Shown here in pieces: positions 43,554 through 55,300 of a stretch of DNA of 64,000 nucleotides. The stretch lies in assembly GCA_000004985.1 (NCBI GenBank), contig GG738851.1. The stretch is one strand, 5' to 3'. Every line of letters begins with the position of its first letter. Position 1 is the first letter of the stretch. The position numbers were made by a program, and so were the translations under genes. Source of the stretch: Naegleria gruberi. Taxonomy: Eukaryota. The notes beneath the pieces were generated by a model. It searched no databases, was not told where the DNA came from, and saw only the letters and a program-made list of their open reading frames with translations.

Positions 43554-45812
43554 TTATTTATTTGAGGTTTGTGACACAGGAGTGTGTTGTTGAGGGAAAA
43601 AATCACCGAGAAGTTTCAGAATATCCTCAGTAGTCAAATTGTCAAGGTCTGTATTTCCAAAATTCATAGTTCCATTCTCAATGTTGAATATATCATCTCC
43701 ATAGGATTGAGAAAGTTTTCTGATTACACCTTGAGCATTAAAATCTGCAGGAAGTGAAACTTTTCGTGAATTTAAAACATCAATGAGTGAATTTTTCTTT
43801 TCTTCACGATTAGGGGAGTTAGGATTGCATTGTTCATTACTTTGGCTCATACTACTATTGTATTGTGCGATAATATTGAGTAATTGCATCTTTTCATAAT
43901 CGGTGAGAACGTCCAAAGAAGCTGCATTTCTTCTAGAGTATAGTCTGCCATTATCTTGATTTGTTGAAGCATTCATATTTTGAATGTTATCGTGTTGAAC
44001 TGAACTATTAATCGAGTTCACGTTCATCAATGGATCCATTGAAATGTTTGTCATATTTGGTGGAAGGGTATTTCCAGGCCCAATAGTTAAAGGTAAACCA
44101 TTTAAGTTATTCATTTGTTGAAGGTTGGTATTTACAGCAGATGGAAAGGTAATATTGTGGAAGTTGTATATCTTTGGATTTGGTTCTGACTTGTTAAAGT
44201 GATTGGAATAGTCATGAAATTCTGTTTGAAAACCATGATATCTAGGACTTGTTGGATATGGTTGGTTATTATTGGCAAAATTTGGTTGGATCATTTGAGG
44301 TGTTGGTGATGGCACAAAATTTTGAATTTGGCCAGCTCTATTCATACTTAAGGTGTCAGAGGTAGCAAAATTGGTGGGTTGTCCATAGGCTTGGAATGGA
44401 AAATTGGAAGTTTGATTTGATTGATAAATATCTTCTTGTTGCTGCTGTTGCTGTTGTTGATTGTTTTTAGCAGGATATTTCAATACTATTTTTTGACTGT
44501 CTACATCTGCATATTGATTAGTTGTTGGCATTTGTAACATGTTTGAAAAGGATTGTTGAGGGCTATTAGATATTTGCAACATTCCAGTATAAGGATTACT
44601 AAAAGTGGTACTTCTGGCATCTAGGTTTGCATAGTTTTGATCCTGAAAAGAGTTAGTATTCGTTGGAGATTCTGTATTCATAATCACAGTTCCATCTTGC
44701 AATAATATTGATGAAACATTTGGAGATGGATTAGTCTTGAGCTCAACAACTTCTCTCTGCAATTTGTCAATTTCCTGTTGAGTTTGTGCCACAGACTTTT
44801 GATCATTCTTTGATTCAGAACGTTGTTGCATAATTTGTAAAACTTCAATTCTTCTCTGAATAGAATTTAACCTTCTGAATGGCCATCTTGGAATTTGAAA
44901 TTCTCTGCACAACCTCTTCAATTGGGTCAAGCTTACTCCCAGTAATTGACTGGCATCTCTAATTGGCATTTCAAAACAAGAAGCAATATCATTGAAAGCA
45001 ATATTCTTTCTGTGTTTTCTAACTGAGAGTCCATGAGATGATGACCTGGATTTGCCACTCTTCTTTTTCTTCTTTTTTGAGTTGGCTTCTGGTTCTTCAT
45101 CTTCGTCCATGTCTTCATCATCAAAGGATGACGAAGTTGCTGTAGTTGTTGGAGGAGATTGCAGTTGTTGGGAAGAGGTGTTAACAGTACTGTTGGCCGA
45201 AAATGTCTGTTCAATTTGTGGAGGGACAAAGTTCATACTATTTTGTGAAGAGACACTATGGCTTGAAGATGCCGCTTGTTGTTGCTGTGGATAGAAAGAT
45301 TGTGGATTTTGATTATCAAGAGTAGAGGGAGGCGATGTGGATCCACATGTATTGGAAGCTACTATCAGTTGGTTAGCAGCTGCAGTTTGGTTCAAAAAGT
45401 TTTGGTGATTTGTAGATTGCATCAATGGCATAACTACTTGGTTGGCATCTAATAAATCGGCAGGTGAATTTAGTTGATTCATAAAAGAATGTCCAAATGT
45501 TGAATTATTATTACTATAAAGCGAGGAAGTATACGAATTTTGAATAGTATTTTGAGTGAGGCTATGGAGAGAGGATGTTGTCGATGGCTCAAGTGGTTCA
45601 GACTTTATGTGAGTGGAGGAGGCTACGGAAGAGGTTGATAATGCTCCCATATCAAGACTAGAATAGAGATGATTCATTAGATTGTTTGTGGAGGTAGCAA
45701 CAGTAGCAGCAGTTGGTAAAGAACCATTCATCAGTGCCGTGAAATTATTTGATGATGCCTGTTGCTGCATTGAAATGTTATAATTGTTATTGTAATAATA
45801 ATTATTATCCAT
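43554..45812 (-). CDS. RWP-RK domain transcription factor with poly-Gln/Asn low-complexity regions
   Basis: RWP-RK core …IAFNDIASCFEMPIRDASQLLGVSLTQLKRLCREFQIPRWPFRRL… PolyQ run NNQQQQQQQQED and extensive N/S/T/Q-rich sequence. Confidence 0.75.
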   Translation of the reverse strand: MDNNYYYNNNYNISMQQQASSNNFTALMNGSLPTAATVATSTNNLMNHLYSSLDMGALSTSSVASSTHIKSEPLEPSTTSSLHSLTQNTIQNSYTSSLYSNNNSTFGHSFMNQLNSPADLLDANQVVMPLMQSTNHQNFLNQTAAANQLIVASNTCGSTSPPSTLDNQNPQSFYPQQQQAASSSHSVSSQNSMNFVPPQIEQTFSANSTVNTSSQQLQSPPTTTATSSSFDDEDMDEDEEPEANSKKKKKKSGKSRSSSHGLSVRKHRKNIAFNDIASCFEMPIRDASQLLGVSLTQLKRLCREFQIPRWPFRRLNSIQRRIEVLQIMQQRSESKNDQKSVAQTQQEIDKLQREVVELKTNPSPNVSSILLQDGTVIMNTESPTNTNSFQDQNYANLDARSTTFSNPYTGMLQISNSPQQSFSNMLQMPTTNQYADVDSQKIVLKYPAKNNQQQQQQQQEDIYQSNQTSNFPFQAYGQPTNFATSDTLSMNRAGQIQNFVPSPTPQMIQPNFANNNQPYPTSPRYHGFQTEFHDYSNHFNKSEPNPKIYNFHNITFPSAVNTNLQQMNNLNGLPLTIGPGNTLPPNMTNISMDPLMNVNSINSSVQHDNIQNMNASTNQDNGRLYSRRNAASLDVLTDYEKMQLLNIIAQYNSSMSQSNEQCNPNSPNREEKKNSLIDVLNSRKVSLPADFNAQGVIRKLSQSYGDDIFNIENGTMNFGNTDLDNLTTEDILKLLGDFFPQQHTPVSQTSNK

Positions 45813-47141
45813 CTTGCCTAATATTGATGATGAGGACGAAAATTATAGTTGTTAATAGTAGGTGGAGGAATGTGGAAGATATTGTGGTAAAATTGATGAT
45901 GATGATCTGAAGATTACGAGATGAAAATAATGATAGTTTCCTATGATCATAGGTGATTTTTCAGGTGTTTTCTACTTTCTCAGATGTTTTGTTGAGCAAA
46001 GTGATCTATTTGTGTCTCTTTTTTTCTCTTCCTTCGTTGAAGCCCAGCTGTTGCAAGCCTTCAGATGTATTGTTGGTGCTGTTGTTTTGGAATGTTAGGT
46101 GGTGCAAGAACGGATGACCTAAGCAAGCAAGTGGAAATGTTTTTGTGTTTTTTGTACAAATAAATTATCGTATCGAATGTCGTTTGGAAGAGATTTCATT
46201 GCCACATGTGAAGGGTTTTTTGTTGTGGATGTGGATCACATAATAGTCCAACAGTTTTATAGGAAGTGTTGTTATTGATGATCAGGTTATAGCATGGATA
46301 TGGTTATTTTGTGGAGGGAGGTAAATACATATGGAAAGATGCCGGAATACAGTTAGTTGATGATAAAGGTTATCACGATGATAAATTGCAACACATGTTT
46401 AAGATTTGAACAAGGTTCATTACTTACTGTTGTCAATAATCTCACTTCAATAATGTTGTTCTGCTGTTGAGAGAGAACGGACAATGTCTCTTGTTTTAAA
46501 TAGGGAATAGATAAAACCTCTTGTAGCAATGCTGATAGACAAATTACAAGAGATATCTATGAAAACAAGAGATGATGATAATCGGCAAACAATCACTACT
46601 AATTTGAACTGTTAGTTAATTATATTGAAACTCCACAAGATTGTCCTCGTTAATATCCAGAAATACTAAGTCAGACTTCGATACTATTAGCTTATTGAGC
46701 ACGCACACACTAGTTTGTTTCAAAACCAACCGAGCCTACGGAGACAACTATTTTCTTTAATGTTTTTAATAAGGGGTTTGTTTTAGAAACCATGCACAAC
46801 AATCTCAACAAGAGATTTGCAGTGCAGTACAGCAACAAGCACACACCACCACACAACTGTGGAATGCGGGTATTCTCCACACAACAACGTTCGTGATCTG
46901 ATGTTGGTTGGCATGCGCAACAATCTCGTTAGTAAGATAAAAAAACCTCTTTGAGGAAAAAACTCGATTTTCCACCTCAAGAACGTGTAAAGTAACAGGG
47001 AGATTATGTGATTATTAATATTGTTATATCAAATGAGAAGAATATTATTACATAGGTTAATTTTGAATTGCTGAAGAAGAGGACTTTCAACACCTTTCTC
47101 AGAATTCATTTCCAAATTTATCAAGTTGGATATTGGCTATG

Positions 47142-47218
47142 ATACACAAAGAAACACAGCCTGAGGCTGTAAACTCTCCAATTCACGTCACGTGTGGAAG
47201 GCTGTGTTTCTTTGTGAT
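47142..47218. repeat. Perfect 18-19-bp inverted repeat (hairpin) with 36-nt loop
   Basis: CACAAAGAAACACAGCCT at 47145-47162 is the exact reverse complement of AGGCTGTGTTTCTTTGTG at 47199-47216. The loop contains CACGTCACGTG. Confidence 0.8.
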
Positions 47219-48264
47219 GTTGTTATTACTAATAAAATATTCTGAATTTATTATGTTCTGTCCCTTAACATGTTGACTACAGCAGTCAAGTGCTTAATTG
47301 CATTGGAGGCATGGGACTTTTGTGGAAGGATTATTTTCAGTTTATAATCCTCAACCATCTGCATTGCCAGTAGACAGTTGCAAATGAATGAAATATTTCA
47401 CTCCGAAACAAACACTTGAATAGTTCATTTTGTTTCCTGTTGATAGTTAGAAAAGATGCCCTACAATTGATTTAACAATTTTGTTGTTTCAGACTGAAAT
47501 ATAGATCTATTTTCTTGTGGCATTCACTGGTAACTTGCGTTTTTTCCAACCTTATTCTTGAACATTTACCACCACAATGTAAACAATTGAATACAATAAC
47601 AATAAGGAAAATCCACTTTACTAATTAATTTTTTACGATTTTCTCGAACAATATAATCTAAAATAGTCACTCAACCAATACAATTTAACACTCTTTTAAG
47701 GTTCTATTCACACTCATATCATTGTGAAATGATTCCACTCACTTGACTCTCAACTTGCATCCAGATTCCACCAGATGAGGACACTACTTTATTGCAAGTT
47801 ACTTTCCATAAACATCTCATCCATCATTTCATATCGTGAAATTATATACATCATTAAAAAAACAAGATTGATCTCTGTTTACTTTGCTTGAATTCTTTCC
47901 TTTTTGTTTTTAAACTTTTAAACAAATTCGCTTTAGAATTATTTACGAATTCTATTTTTAATCTCCAATTTACTAAACATCACCAGAAGGAACAATAAGA
48001 AAAAAATTGATTTTAATCTCTCACATTCTCTCTGTCTATTTGATTATCTATAACATCAACAGCATCATCAGCCGTAGAATTTAATAGAATTTGATTTATT
48101 GTTATACACAATCAATACTAAACAAGAACAACAACAATAGATCATCTTTGCGGAATCTTTGATCATCATTTTGGATTAAAATTTTAATACAACAATAGTG
48201 GTGGATTTACATAGAATATTATTATAGATTACAATTGTATAAATACTTTAAATATTATTAGAAA

Positions 48265-49002
48265 ATGGTTACACCAAAACTTACATTACGAGAGGCTATG
48301 GTTACACTCACAACCATGTTTCCTTCCTTTGATGAAGAAACTATCAAGGGAGTACTCTATCAAACCAATGGTCATATGGAAAGAACCATAGAGGTTTTAT
48401 TGACAATGGTTGATGAAGGGGATACTGGTGCCACCACAAATCAACCTCCAATGGTTTCTACTACCAATACAAATACTGTTAATAATCAATCAGGTCCTCC
48501 ACCATCATCAGGAAATATAGTTAGACATACATTGGATGAGGATTTCTTGAGATATTCAAATTTAGATCCAGCAACTGGTGCTACAACTCAAGAGGAAGAA
48601 AATCAATATAGTCAAGATGAATATTATGCACAACGTTTACAACAAGCTTTATTCGAACAAGGTTTATCGAATGCTCCTCCACAAACTCATCAACCACCTG
48701 CCTATGAATACGGAGTTGATAATAGCTCACCTCAATATCACACCAACTCAACAGCAACTGTCAGAAGAAATGTTGACAGTGGATATTCAACAAGAGGAAT
48801 TGGTTCGAATACCACAACAGAAACTTCAACTTTTGATCAATTAAGTGACCTTGCAAAGAAAAAGTTTGCAGACTTTAAGAAAAAGTACTTTACTAACAAT
48901 AATAGAAACAATGCTCAACCTGTAGCAGATCCAGAGGAAGAAACAATGAATAGAGGTCTCTTAAGAGATGAGGATGAAGAAATGGAAAATTCTCGTTTGT
49001 AA
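48265..49002 (+). CDS. CUE domain-containing protein
   Basis: N-terminal CUE-like LREAMVTLTTMFPSFDEETIKGVLYQTNGHMERTIEVLL. Rest is low-complexity. Confidence 0.6.
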   Translation: MVTPKLTLREAMVTLTTMFPSFDEETIKGVLYQTNGHMERTIEVLLTMVDEGDTGATTNQPPMVSTTNTNTVNNQSGPPPSSGNIVRHTLDEDFLRYSNLDPATGATTQEEENQYSQDEYYAQRLQQALFEQGLSNAPPQTHQPPAYEYGVDNSSPQYHTNSTATVRRNVDSGYSTRGIGSNTTTETSTFDQLSDLAKKKFADFKKKYFTNNNRNNAQPVADPEEETMNRGLLRDEDEEMENSRL

Positions 49003-49122
49003 ATTAATATAACATTTAACTTGTACATATTCTATTATTTATTTCCGAAAAGTCATGATTAAAACTTCCAAAAATGGGTTTATACCATCTCAGGATTGCT
49101 TACAAAAATAACAAATAAGGAA

Positions 49123-50961
49123 TTATTTCTCATTACAAAATAGATAGACTGAAATGGCAAACTTTGGATCTGTTTGAGGATAATTATTGAATTGAAGTGT
49201 GGTTTCTTGCAATAATTCAGGTTCTTCCTCAAGTAATTGGGAAACGTAATTAGAGAGCGTTAGATTTTCATTAAACATGGCTGCTTCATAGATAGCCCTC
49301 TTAAGCTCTAACTTATTATCGTAATATTCGAGTATTGCTTGTGACAGAATACGGCAAACTGTTGGCAAATAGAAAATATTCTGAATGAAACGTTTCTTGC
49401 AAAATTGTACAAATTCTGTTGGATTTTTCCAGTTTTTTAAAATAAGATCTCCAATACTGCACTCGGTAAGCTTGTCCAAATCAATTGGCTTATCCGAAAA
49501 TAAAGTTGCAAACTCTGTAACATATACACCCACATTGTTATAGATGTTCGATAGATATTGTACAAGTTTTGGGAAGAATTTCACCTTCTTTTCTATTTCA
49601 TAAATATCTGCATGATAATTATCAATTAAGAATTTGATTACTTGACCATATTGTGTTGAATAGATGTAAAATCTTGCCAAATAATTCTCTATGGCCGATT
49701 GAGAATATAAAATTCCTTTCCCTTTAACATATTCCAATAATCTAAGTTCATTGACATTGAATTGGTTAATTCCTCTCAATTTAATCATCTCTAATAATGG
49801 AATTGGCAAATTATCAAGAAAATCATTCAAACTAGTACTCTCTTCATTGGATAATCGTCCAATTAACGAATAAAAGTAACTACTTTCAGTAACTTGCACA
49901 TAAATTTTCTCTCCTTCTAGGAATTTTCCCAAAAATTGTAAATATTTGATGAAAAAAGTGTATTCTGATAATAAAGAAAATGTTTTTGAAATGGATCCTG
50001 TAAAATATTCACTTATTGACAATGTGTCAGAAGTATCAATTCCATTTCTATTCAAAAGTTCGTACATTAGCTCATTTACATCCTCATAATAATAACAGTT
50101 GGAAAACATAATTGATATCCAAGATATTTGAGCTTTGAATTTGCTAGATTCGAATAAGCCCTTTAAAACATTAGAACATTCTTTCTTTGGAATTAAATCT
50201 GGTAAGTTCTGCAATGATAATCCTATCATTATTTCCCAATATTTAGGATACTCTTCCGATTGTGAAATTCCTCTGAATAATTTCTTTAGAACCAATTTAA
50301 AATCAACATTCGGAATAAATTTCATTACACTAATATTTCTGATATATTCCTCTCCCAAGACATGCATCAGAAAATTCAGCACAATCTCCTTTGAATGGTA
50401 CTGAAAATTAGTCTTCAAACCTCCAAAGAATACATTTAGAGCAATAGTCATTTCTGAATTAATTTGTTTTTCCATCAAATACTTGAATCTTCTATCCCCA
50501 TTTTGTTGTAAACTAAATAGTTTTTCCTTTATAGAACCTCTCTCAGCAGTACCATCCTCCAATATATGTTTCTCATAGGCATTCAAAAGCGATTGCATCA
50601 CTGCCCTATGCACAACAAAGGGAACTAGTTTTTTCTGTCCAGAATTTGAGTTAATTCCTTGGATTAGTTTCACAGTTTGTTTCTTCTTCTCTCTATTGTA
50701 ATGTTTCGAATCATTGAGTATTTCACTCAGTGGAATATTGTTAGTTGCACTGGTCGTAGCAGAGTAGTCTTTCATCTTTTGATATTTTTCAATAATATTC
50801 GAAATGATGTATTGATGATAAATTGTCTTCCAGAATATTTCGTATGTATCGAGAGAGTACCAATCTTTGCAAACTAGGCGACAAGATAGAGCATCACGAT
50901 ATGGTAAATATTCCGCAATTAAAAATAAAGTATCTGTTGAGAGAGAAGGTGATGGATTCAT
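49123..50961 (-). CDS. F-box domain protein
   Basis: N-terminal F-box LSTDTLFLIAEYLPYRDALSCRLVCKDWYSL. 612 aa, otherwise unannotated. Confidence 0.55.
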   Translation of the reverse strand: MNPSPSLSTDTLFLIAEYLPYRDALSCRLVCKDWYSLDTYEIFWKTIYHQYIISNIIEKYQKMKDYSATTSATNNIPLSEILNDSKHYNREKKKQTVKLIQGINSNSGQKKLVPFVVHRAVMQSLLNAYEKHILEDGTAERGSIKEKLFSLQQNGDRRFKYLMEKQINSEMTIALNVFFGGLKTNFQYHSKEIVLNFLMHVLGEEYIRNISVMKFIPNVDFKLVLKKLFRGISQSEEYPKYWEIMIGLSLQNLPDLIPKKECSNVLKGLFESSKFKAQISWISIMFSNCYYYEDVNELMYELLNRNGIDTSDTLSISEYFTGSISKTFSLLSEYTFFIKYLQFLGKFLEGEKIYVQVTESSYFYSLIGRLSNEESTSLNDFLDNLPIPLLEMIKLRGINQFNVNELRLLEYVKGKGILYSQSAIENYLARFYIYSTQYGQVIKFLIDNYHADIYEIEKKVKFFPKLVQYLSNIYNNVGVYVTEFATLFSDKPIDLDKLTECSIGDLILKNWKNPTEFVQFCKKRFIQNIFYLPTVCRILSQAILEYYDNKLELKRAIYEAAMFNENLTLSNYVSQLLEEEPELLQETTLQFNNYPQTDPKFAISVYLFCNEK

Positions 50962-51163
50962 TTTTTTTTCTTTGGTTGACCAGAATATTTACTCACACAA
51001 TGAAATGGTTCAACCTTGAAAATACACTTGTTGTAATGTTTGAAAAATTGGGATTTCAGATTCAAATATTTTCGAATGATAATAAATAAAAATTATCCCA
51101 AGCTCACATTCTAGATTCATAATTATGGAAAAAGGAAGGATTTGCAGTTTTAATAAATTTGAA

Positions 51164-52324
51164 TTATTTCTTTCTCTTTTTAATACCACGCATGAATGAA
51201 CCGAAAATCTTATCGTTTACAATGAATGACTTGTCAGTGGTTGGTGGCACATCTATAAGAGATGGTAAATCGTCAATACTCTCATCGTCATCATGTAATT
51301 CTGTCGTGGTAACTGGATTGAAAACTTTTGATGAGCTAGAATTCTTCTTTGGTTTGCTGGCTGGTAAACCTGATGTATCGAAACGTTCAGGAGATGTGAA
51401 TTTAAAAGCAAAGCCTTCTGTATTCTTTCTCTCTTTTGATGTATTTTGAGTTGATGGTTTGGTTTCTTTTGTTTCTTTTGTTTCTTTGGTTATATCCATT
51501 CTTGCTATGTATCGTACAACATCCTCCAAGAACTCGTGTAATATTAAATTATCAAATCCAATGAGTACAGTATCGAGAATATTGTAAAATACTGCTTGTC
51601 TGCAGTGTGTACAAACAATTGGTTTCATTTCAGATGTATCTGTGAGAGCTCTGTAAGTTCCTAAAAGAAGAATGGCAATAATCAAATAGTATGATATTGT
51701 TGGGAAAAATCCTTGAAAATTATATTTCCTTCCTGAAGCAATAATGTCAAATAAAATAAAACTCTGAATTGGAATATCCAAAAATAACAAAAGTGGAAAG
51801 GTGAAATAAGATCCAAACCATCCATTAAACATGTAAGTAAAATATCCAAATACACTCAAATTGGCACAATCCATCACTGAGAATGCATCAGGATAAACAC
51901 TCTTTGTATCATTTCCTGCACTATTCCATATATTGGAAACAAAAGGCTTCAAGTGCACAGAGTACAAAACATTAAATCCTTGGTCTTTTTCTGCAAGTGG
52001 TTTATAATTATAGTCCACTCCATAAATCCAGCCCAAATAAACAGCCGATAAAATGTAGACCAGCACTACTCGTTTCCAATTTGCTCCGATAACCCTTCCA
52101 CTTATTAAAGTTAGAGAATAATAAAAATCGTAGGCTAGCATCAACAAGGAGGAGTATTCGTTTCCATCACTATTTTCACACTTTTTCATTTCATCATTGA
52201 TCCACTTTTTATCTCTCCCATACAAGATATCATTAGGAAAAACAAAAGAATTTTGCTGCATTACTACTGGTGTGGCTTCAGCGTTTGTTGTGTGATTATT
52301 TTTTTGTATTTTTAGAAGTTCCAC
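51164..52324 (-). CDS. Multi-pass transmembrane protein of unknown function with Lys/Ser-rich C-terminal tail
   Basis: Several hydrophobic segments (…VVLVYILSAVYLGWIYG…, …FTFPLLLFLDIPIQSFILF…, …ISYYLIIAILLLGTY…). C-terminal KETKETKETK repeats. Confidence 0.4.
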   Translation of the reverse strand: MELLKIQKNNHTTNAEATPVVMQQNSFVFPNDILYGRDKKWINDEMKKCENSDGNEYSSLLMLAYDFYYSLTLISGRVIGANWKRVVLVYILSAVYLGWIYGVDYNYKPLAEKDQGFNVLYSVHLKPFVSNIWNSAGNDTKSVYPDAFSVMDCANLSVFGYFTYMFNGWFGSYFTFPLLLFLDIPIQSFILFDIIASGRKYNFQGFFPTISYYLIIAILLLGTYRALTDTSEMKPIVCTHCRQAVFYNILDTVLIGFDNLILHEFLEDVVRYIARMDITKETKETKETKPSTQNTSKERKNTEGFAFKFTSPERFDTSGLPASKPKKNSSSSKVFNPVTTTELHDDDESIDDLPSLIDVPPTTDKSFIVNDKIFGSFMRGIKKRKK

Positions 52325-52382
52325 AATTCGATGTAAGGAGAAAATATCGGAATAGAGTTTTCAAATATTATTGAAACAACAT

Positions 52383-55300
52383 TTATACATCTTTAATTGG
52401 TTTATCAGAGGTAGTGATAGGTAAAATGTCATCACTTTCTGGTTCATTTTGACTGAGTAAAACTTGTTGAACGAAAGTTTTGAATTTTCCATTTGGCACC
52501 TTACTCAAAACAAATTCAATCACGAAAACTGAGTACCTAGTAACCATATTGAAGAATGTAAATGCAGTAGCTGAAATTGAAATTACAACCAAATAGACAA
52601 TTGTTTCTTGGAAGGCATGGTCCATAGTAATATAACAAAGCATAAGATTGACGAAAACATGAGCATTGAACATGAGCAAAGTAAAGGTATTAAGAATAAT
52701 ATCTGTGATGTAGTATCTGTCAGCGTCCTTAATATCCTTTTCAGTCTTTGTCAAACCATCATCTTTTTCTCTGTGAAGAACAGACCAAAAGTAAATAGCA
52801 GACAATAAAATCATATGCCAACGTTCATAACCCATTTGGAATGCATTGAAATTAGGGTGTTGTTGGTGAGATTTCATACCTACAGCGCCAGCCATTGGGT
52901 GAGCATCAACATCCAATCTTTCTTCTTTTCCAATGTGGAAACCATACATAAAGTGATTCATAAAGAAAAGACTAATTGTTAATTGAAGAATATCAAAGAA
53001 GTGATGCTTGGTTTCATCATCTTCGAATTGTGGTGATGAACCAGATGAGTTGAAGCCCTTGTCTTTCTTCTTAACTTGGCAGCAGTATTTGTTAATCAAG
53101 ATATAAGCAGGAACGAGGAGGTAAAAATATTGTACATTTTGAAGCAAAGTGACAACTCTTCCAAAAGGTGTATCTCTCATCAAGGCAAAAGCATACAACA
53201 AGGATGGAATGATCAATCTATCCAATCTCTTTGGATTGAAAAGTAAGACAAATACAAAGTAGAGGAAGGCCATAATGATAAATCCTAAATAATAAATGTG
53301 GAATCCTGCAATGGTATAGTATTGAACATAAAGGGCCTTTTGTTCTTGTGGAGCTGTTTCTCTAACGCTGGTAAATTCAAAGAGGAAGAGTAGGAGCATC
53401 ATGGCTGTACAATAAATAAAGTGGAAGGTATTCTTGTTCATATTCTTAGTTGCTGGCACTGGTGTTCTACGTATCTTTCTTACAATGAACAATGCAACAG
53501 AAACAATGGAGCTGAACAAGTTGTATCCACAAAAATCAAAAACAACATAAATCAACAACAAGTATTGCAATGGCAAGACATGTTCCATTCCCCACTTCCA
53601 TTGTTTTCTGAACAAGTGGAAGAGAGCAAAGAAGGTCATATCAATAGTACAGAAAATGAATAATTTCCAGCCAATGAGTGAGAAACCATCAGCTTCTCCC
53701 TTATCCTTTTCAGTTCTGGTCTTCATGAAATAAATTGTGCATTGATAAATAACAAAGAATAGAACAATTGTCAAAAAACCTTGCCAAATGAAGAATGGTC
53801 CACCACTTCTTACAACTCCCTTCCAAGTGTCCCAACAGAATAAGACATTGACAAATGAACCAAAATAGAGTGGAATCAAAATGCAGAGGAGATAGAGTGC
53901 CTTAGAGACATACTTTTCAGCTAACAAGTGAATAGCATGGAAATTGAAACGGTACAAGCCAATCACAACCATAACCAGTGTACATGCTACATAGAAAGCA
54001 ACCCAAAATACTGGAGTATCCATCAATTGATAGAGCTTTTGCTTCATTTCAACATTAAGTTTTGAAAGCTCCGTGTTAAAATCTCTAATTGACTTGAACT
54101 TTTCAGAGAATGACATGTCGCTAGCCTCCATCTTTAACAAGTTCAAAATAGAAGAAGCAGATCTAAGCAAGTCAGTTCCTCTTCTGGTAGTAGTATCAGT
54201 CAATTGAACCAAACTTTCCTTCAAAACATATGATTTGTACTTGAGTGATTCTTCGTCATCGCCAAAATAAGCTCTTGATACACCAATGTTATCAGCAGGT
54301 ATATCTACTCCCTTCAAATACTTGGCAACAGTTGGACAAACATCAACAATGTCCAATCTTTCATCGTATGGTTTTAATCTTGGATTGTAGAGCATGACAT
54401 AACCTTCATTTCCATCTCTAGAATAACCATGCAATACGTAACCATTGGAAACATCGTCTGTACCGTGGTCAGAAGATAAAATCAATAAATAATCTGGGTT
54501 TGCATCAATCCAATCCTTAAGAGGGTTAATGTCAGAGGCTATTCTGTCAGATAAATAGGTCAAATAGTCCAAATTTGTTGGATCGTGTCTAAAGACACCA
54601 TGATTGATATGGTCAAAAATTGCAGAGTGAGCAAAAAGTGAACCTCCCTCTCCCTTGATTGTGTCCAAAGTTTCTCTATAGAATTTTCTAGCATCTTCAT
54701 TGGCAAAGAAGAATCTATATCCTTGGTCATGAGGTTGATCCAAAGGTTCTTCCTTTAATTCAATTCTCTTGAATAATTTATCATAATGCTTGTTTCCGTG
54801 AATAGCAAGGAAACTCCATTCAGGTCCAACATATGTTAATGGTCCCATATCTGGACTTCTTTGAATAGATTTGACAAGACTGTCTCCTTCAATTGGATTT
54901 CCTTGATAATTTGTTGGCAGTTGACCAGTCATATAACTGGTATAAATGGCATGGGAATATTTTGGACCTGGAACATCAATTGTGTACAGGACCATATGAT
55001 CCTTGAAATGGTCAAATGTCTTTTTACTATACTTGACCGGAAGACCATCAGTAAATAACCAAATAACCTTGGTAAATTGTAATTCTGATGGATAATCACA
55101 CAAATGATGTTCTTTTTTCAAATTACTAAATTCACTACTAGTAAAAACATTAAGACTCTTTGTTGATATTAATGCATCTGTTTCCGATGACTTGTGTCCA
55201 GTCCTAATTAACTTTTCCCTGACAGATTCTGGAGTTGCTTGAGAGCACATTGTATTTGTTGCTCCAGATTTATATTGACTTCTATTCAAAAGTGTAAAAA

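Noticed and set aside
44425-44475. CAA/CAG trinucleotide run on the minus strand.
   Set aside because: It is the coding polyQ tract of the RWP-RK gene, not an independent satellite.
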